Source: Octopus bimaculoides (Eukaryota). From it: DNA of 64,000 nt. The DNA is taken from positions 450,468-514,467 of the forward strand of contig NC_068993.1 of the NCBI RefSeq assembly GCF_001194135.2, read 5' to 3'. Positions 61,374 to 64,000 of this stretch are shown here, one piece after another (position 1 is the first letter of the stretch; every line of letters begins with the position of its first letter). The notes beneath the pieces were generated by a model. The model had not been told where the DNA came from and did not search any database. It saw only the letters and a program-made list of their open reading frames with translations. A program made the translations under genes and the position numbers.

Positions 61374-62515
61374 GTGACCCCGTTCCCAGCCTCGACTTTA
61401 TGTTCTTGTATTTGTTACTGCTGTTTTAACAAATTCTCAGATATGACCGTTCATTATACACACTGCCATTAATACTCACTGCTCTTCAAAAATGTTTCTT
61501 TTCTGGCAATAAGCAATATAGAGTGTAAATTAATATATTCTCATCGTTTTGAGCACACAACTGAACTGCAATGGTAAATAGTCATTAGCGTGTGTGTGTG
61601 TGCGTATATATGTGTATGTACACACATGTATATATGCACACACACACACGTGTGTGTGTTTGCTGCATATAATGGTGATTTAATCTGGAGCTGCTAAATC
61701 TTTTTCGTTCAATGAACGGTTTCTGTGTTGACCTAATTATCTCCCTTTGTCTGCACAAACGGGCAAATTTCTGAAGCTTTATGGAAAATAAAGCGAAACA
61801 TTACAGAAAACATTTCAGTAAAATTTACTGACTTTGGATAAGATAAGTTTTAATAATTGAAAACTGAAGAGTTTTTCATAATTTCCCGTTTTATCTGAAA
61901 ATATTTTCTTAAAAAAAAAAAAGACAAAAAACATTTGAATGTTAGAATTTTATAAAATTATGACTTACAAAATCTAATTGAATTATTTCTTTGCATTTCA
62001 ATTGTTTTTAAACTAATTCCCTGAATTTATTTTTAGAATGTACATTTTTTCATGGATCTTTTTTAAAAAAAAGACTGTATTAAACATTGGTTAAACAGTT
62101 TCATCGAACCATTTCATAAATCATTTTCTTCATATCACATTTGTCTGTTATGTTTCTTACCATTCTACTTCAAAATACTTATTTTCAAATCTCAATGAAT
62201 TTAAACAAGCGATGATCTGCTGTAATGGTTAAAAAACACAAAAAAGCGAGCAAGCTAAAGTTCTGAGATGTCCAAAGTCATTATTTGAATGTGTTGCAAA
62301 ATGAAGGTAATTTATTAGTCACTGTCGAGTTGTTTGATTGGGAACAATCTCAAGCAAGATGTCGTTGAAAAATGATGAGCAAATTATTAATAAGAGACTG
62401 TTTACACCACGTCTGGACAAAGAGATGAAAAAAATGACAACATCCTAAAATTGGTAAATTGTAAAATGCATTCAGAGTCCAGACACTGATTTAGTATTCA
62501 TCGTTGCTCAACCGC

Positions 62516-62638
62516 TTATTTCAGATTAAGCTTTGCTATAAGATTTTCTTTTATTTTGAATTTTTGTATTTTTCCAGTTACAGTCATTGGGTGACTATCA
62601 ACAAAGTCAACATATCGAGGTCTCTTGAATTTAGCCAA
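62516..62638 (-). CDS. ACSF2: Terminal exon of an acyl-CoA synthetase (AMP-binding family, ACSF2-like): [40 protein letters not shown]. Upstream exons were not found in the window.
   Basis: Strong cttctctttttcag acceptor. The FK.PRY..FV...[12 protein letters not shown] motif is the adenylate-forming enzyme C-terminal catalytic-lysine motif. The subfamily call rests on 40 aa only. Confidence 0.75.
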   Translation of the reverse strand: MAKFKRPRYVDFVDSHPMTVTGKIQKFKIKENLIAKLNLK

Positions 62639-62984
62639 CTGAAAAAGAGAAGATATTAATGAAGTGAAAGATTAGATTGGTTAGGTATTAGTTATCTTGA
62701 GTCACTTCATAAAATTAACAGCCATCATTCAGGTTGAATTTCTGAGAAAGACATTAGGGAACACGACCATCTCACTTAGCATTAAACTGTTTGCTCTGTA
62801 TATTCAATTGGTCAACGTTTGCTATAAGTAAACCTGCAGTGGTTTTTTTTTTTCCACTTCAGTAACATTGATCAGCCTTTGACTGTAACAGCACGAACTC
62901 CACTGATGGGAGCCAGGCAGGAGCATTGAAAGGGACAAAGTCAAGTCAAACATTCATAAACAAATAGGAGTTTACAGTTTATAC

Positions 62985-63152
62985 CTATTCTTTTCTTTTA
63001 TTCTTTTACTTGTTTCAGTCATGCTGGAGCACCGGCTTTCGTCAAACAAATCAAACCCAGGAATTAATCTTTGGAAGCCGAGTACTTATTCTATTGGCCT
63101 TTTTGACGAACCACAAAGTTACGGGGACATAAACACACTAGCATCAGTTGTC
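62985..63152 (-). mobile_element. 3' part of another SINE family, truncated by the gap
   Basis: ggtgctccagcat...gaaacaagtaaaagaataaaag tail, also present on the plus strand at about 11037-11095. Confidence 0.65.
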
Positions 63153-63440
63153 NNNNNNNNNNNNNNNNNNNNNNNNNNNNNNNNNNNNNNNNNNNNNNNN
63201 NNNNNNNNNNNNNNNNNNNNNNNNNNNNNNNNNNNNNNNNNNNNNNNNNNNNNNNNNNNNNNNNNNNNNNNNNNNNNNNNNNNNNNNNNNNNNNNNNNNN
63301 NNNNNNNNNNNNNNNNNNNNNNNNNNNNNNNNNNNNNNNNNNNNNNNNNNNNNNNNNNNNNNNNNNNNNNNNNNNNNNNNNNNNNNNNNNNNNNNNNNNN
63401 NNNNNNNNNNNNNNNNNNNNNNNNNNNNNNNNNNNNTATA

Positions 63441-63608
63441 TATACGACAGGCTTTTTTCAGTTTCCGTCTACCAAATCCACTCACAAGCCTTTGGTCAGC
63501 CTGAGGCTGTAGTAGACGACACTTGCCTAAAGTGCCATGCAGTGGGGCTGAACCCAGGACTATGTGGTTGGTAAGAAGCTACTTACCACACAGCCACTCC
63601 TGCACCTA
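63441..63608 (-). mobile_element. Near full-length tRNA-derived SINE, family B
   Basis: ggctgtgtggtaag head, gggttcagccccactgc B-box region, ggcaagtgtc core-like motif, ending in (TA)n. Confidence 0.8.
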
Positions 63609-63658
63609 TGAAGAATTTTCACTTGATAGACATTAATGTATTCAAGGTGGAAGAAGAT

Positions 63659-63694
63659 AATTGCTCCCAAGTGCTTTAGCACTTGGGAGCAATT
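63659..63694. repeat. Perfect 17-bp-arm palindrome with a 2-nt spacer
   Basis: aattgctcccaagtgct-tt-agcacttgggagcaatt. Confidence 0.95.
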
Positions 63695-64000
63695 GTTCCG
63701 TTACAGGGTTCTGCTGCTAAGAGACATGTTTCATTAGCAGAGTATTCTGCTGAAAGTATTCGAGCCATTTGTGAGATCCTCCTGTCATTCCATCAATATT
63801 GGAGATCTGGAAAAAGGAGTTCTACTTTTCTTTCTGTGCCAAAGCTATTAAATAAATCAATCAAAATTAAAACGTCCAGTTCTATCAAAAAGTATTCATC
63901 CATGTCACAAGAAGTCTTTTTTCCTCTGAAAGATTTATTCAACTGCTTAATCAAGTCTGCACATTGAACACCTAATCCCATTAAAATCACATGGATTAAA

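Noticed and set aside
63683-63990. Overlapping 94-aa (+) and 65-aa (-) ORFs at the window end
   Set aside because: Neither encodes the expected penultimate acyl-CoA synthetase exon or a recognisable domain. At most this is a decayed TE.

Overview
AT-rich, microsatellite- and SINE-dense animal genomic DNA. The repeat families and simple-repeat-flanked N gaps look like an octopus short-read assembly (inferred, not confirmed). Three protein-coding genes were reconstructed by hand from splice sites and translation. (1) A complete 22-exon Hook microtubule-tethering / dynein-adaptor gene on the minus strand (CDS 55088 to 18570, 2151 nt, 716 aa). (2) A complete RNF170 E3 ligase gene on the plus strand with 5 coding exons (56239-61373, 248 aa), head-to-head with Hook about 1.15 kb away, as HOOK3 and RNF170 are in human. 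(3) The last coding exon of an ACSF2-like acyl-CoA synthetase on the minus strand (62516-62638), convergent with RNF170. The rest is intron or intergenic sequence with decayed RTE, CR1-like, CRE-like and probably Penelope retroelement fragments, several tRNA-derived SINE families, a mini hAT MITE, tandem repeats and five gaps. The top lead is a 315-bp insertion (10607-10921) bounded by a perfect 13-bp target-site duplication. It joins a tRNA-like Pol III head to a Penelope-type minimal hammerhead ribozyme and carries an inverted copy of its own tail, making it a candidate ribozyme-bearing SINE. Other leads are a perfect DR1 element between CCAAT boxes in Hook intron 15, a perfect 33-bp hairpin in intron 7, an extra Hook linker exon, and a possible frameshift at the Hook C-terminus. 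No CRISPR arrays, rRNA or true tRNA genes were found.
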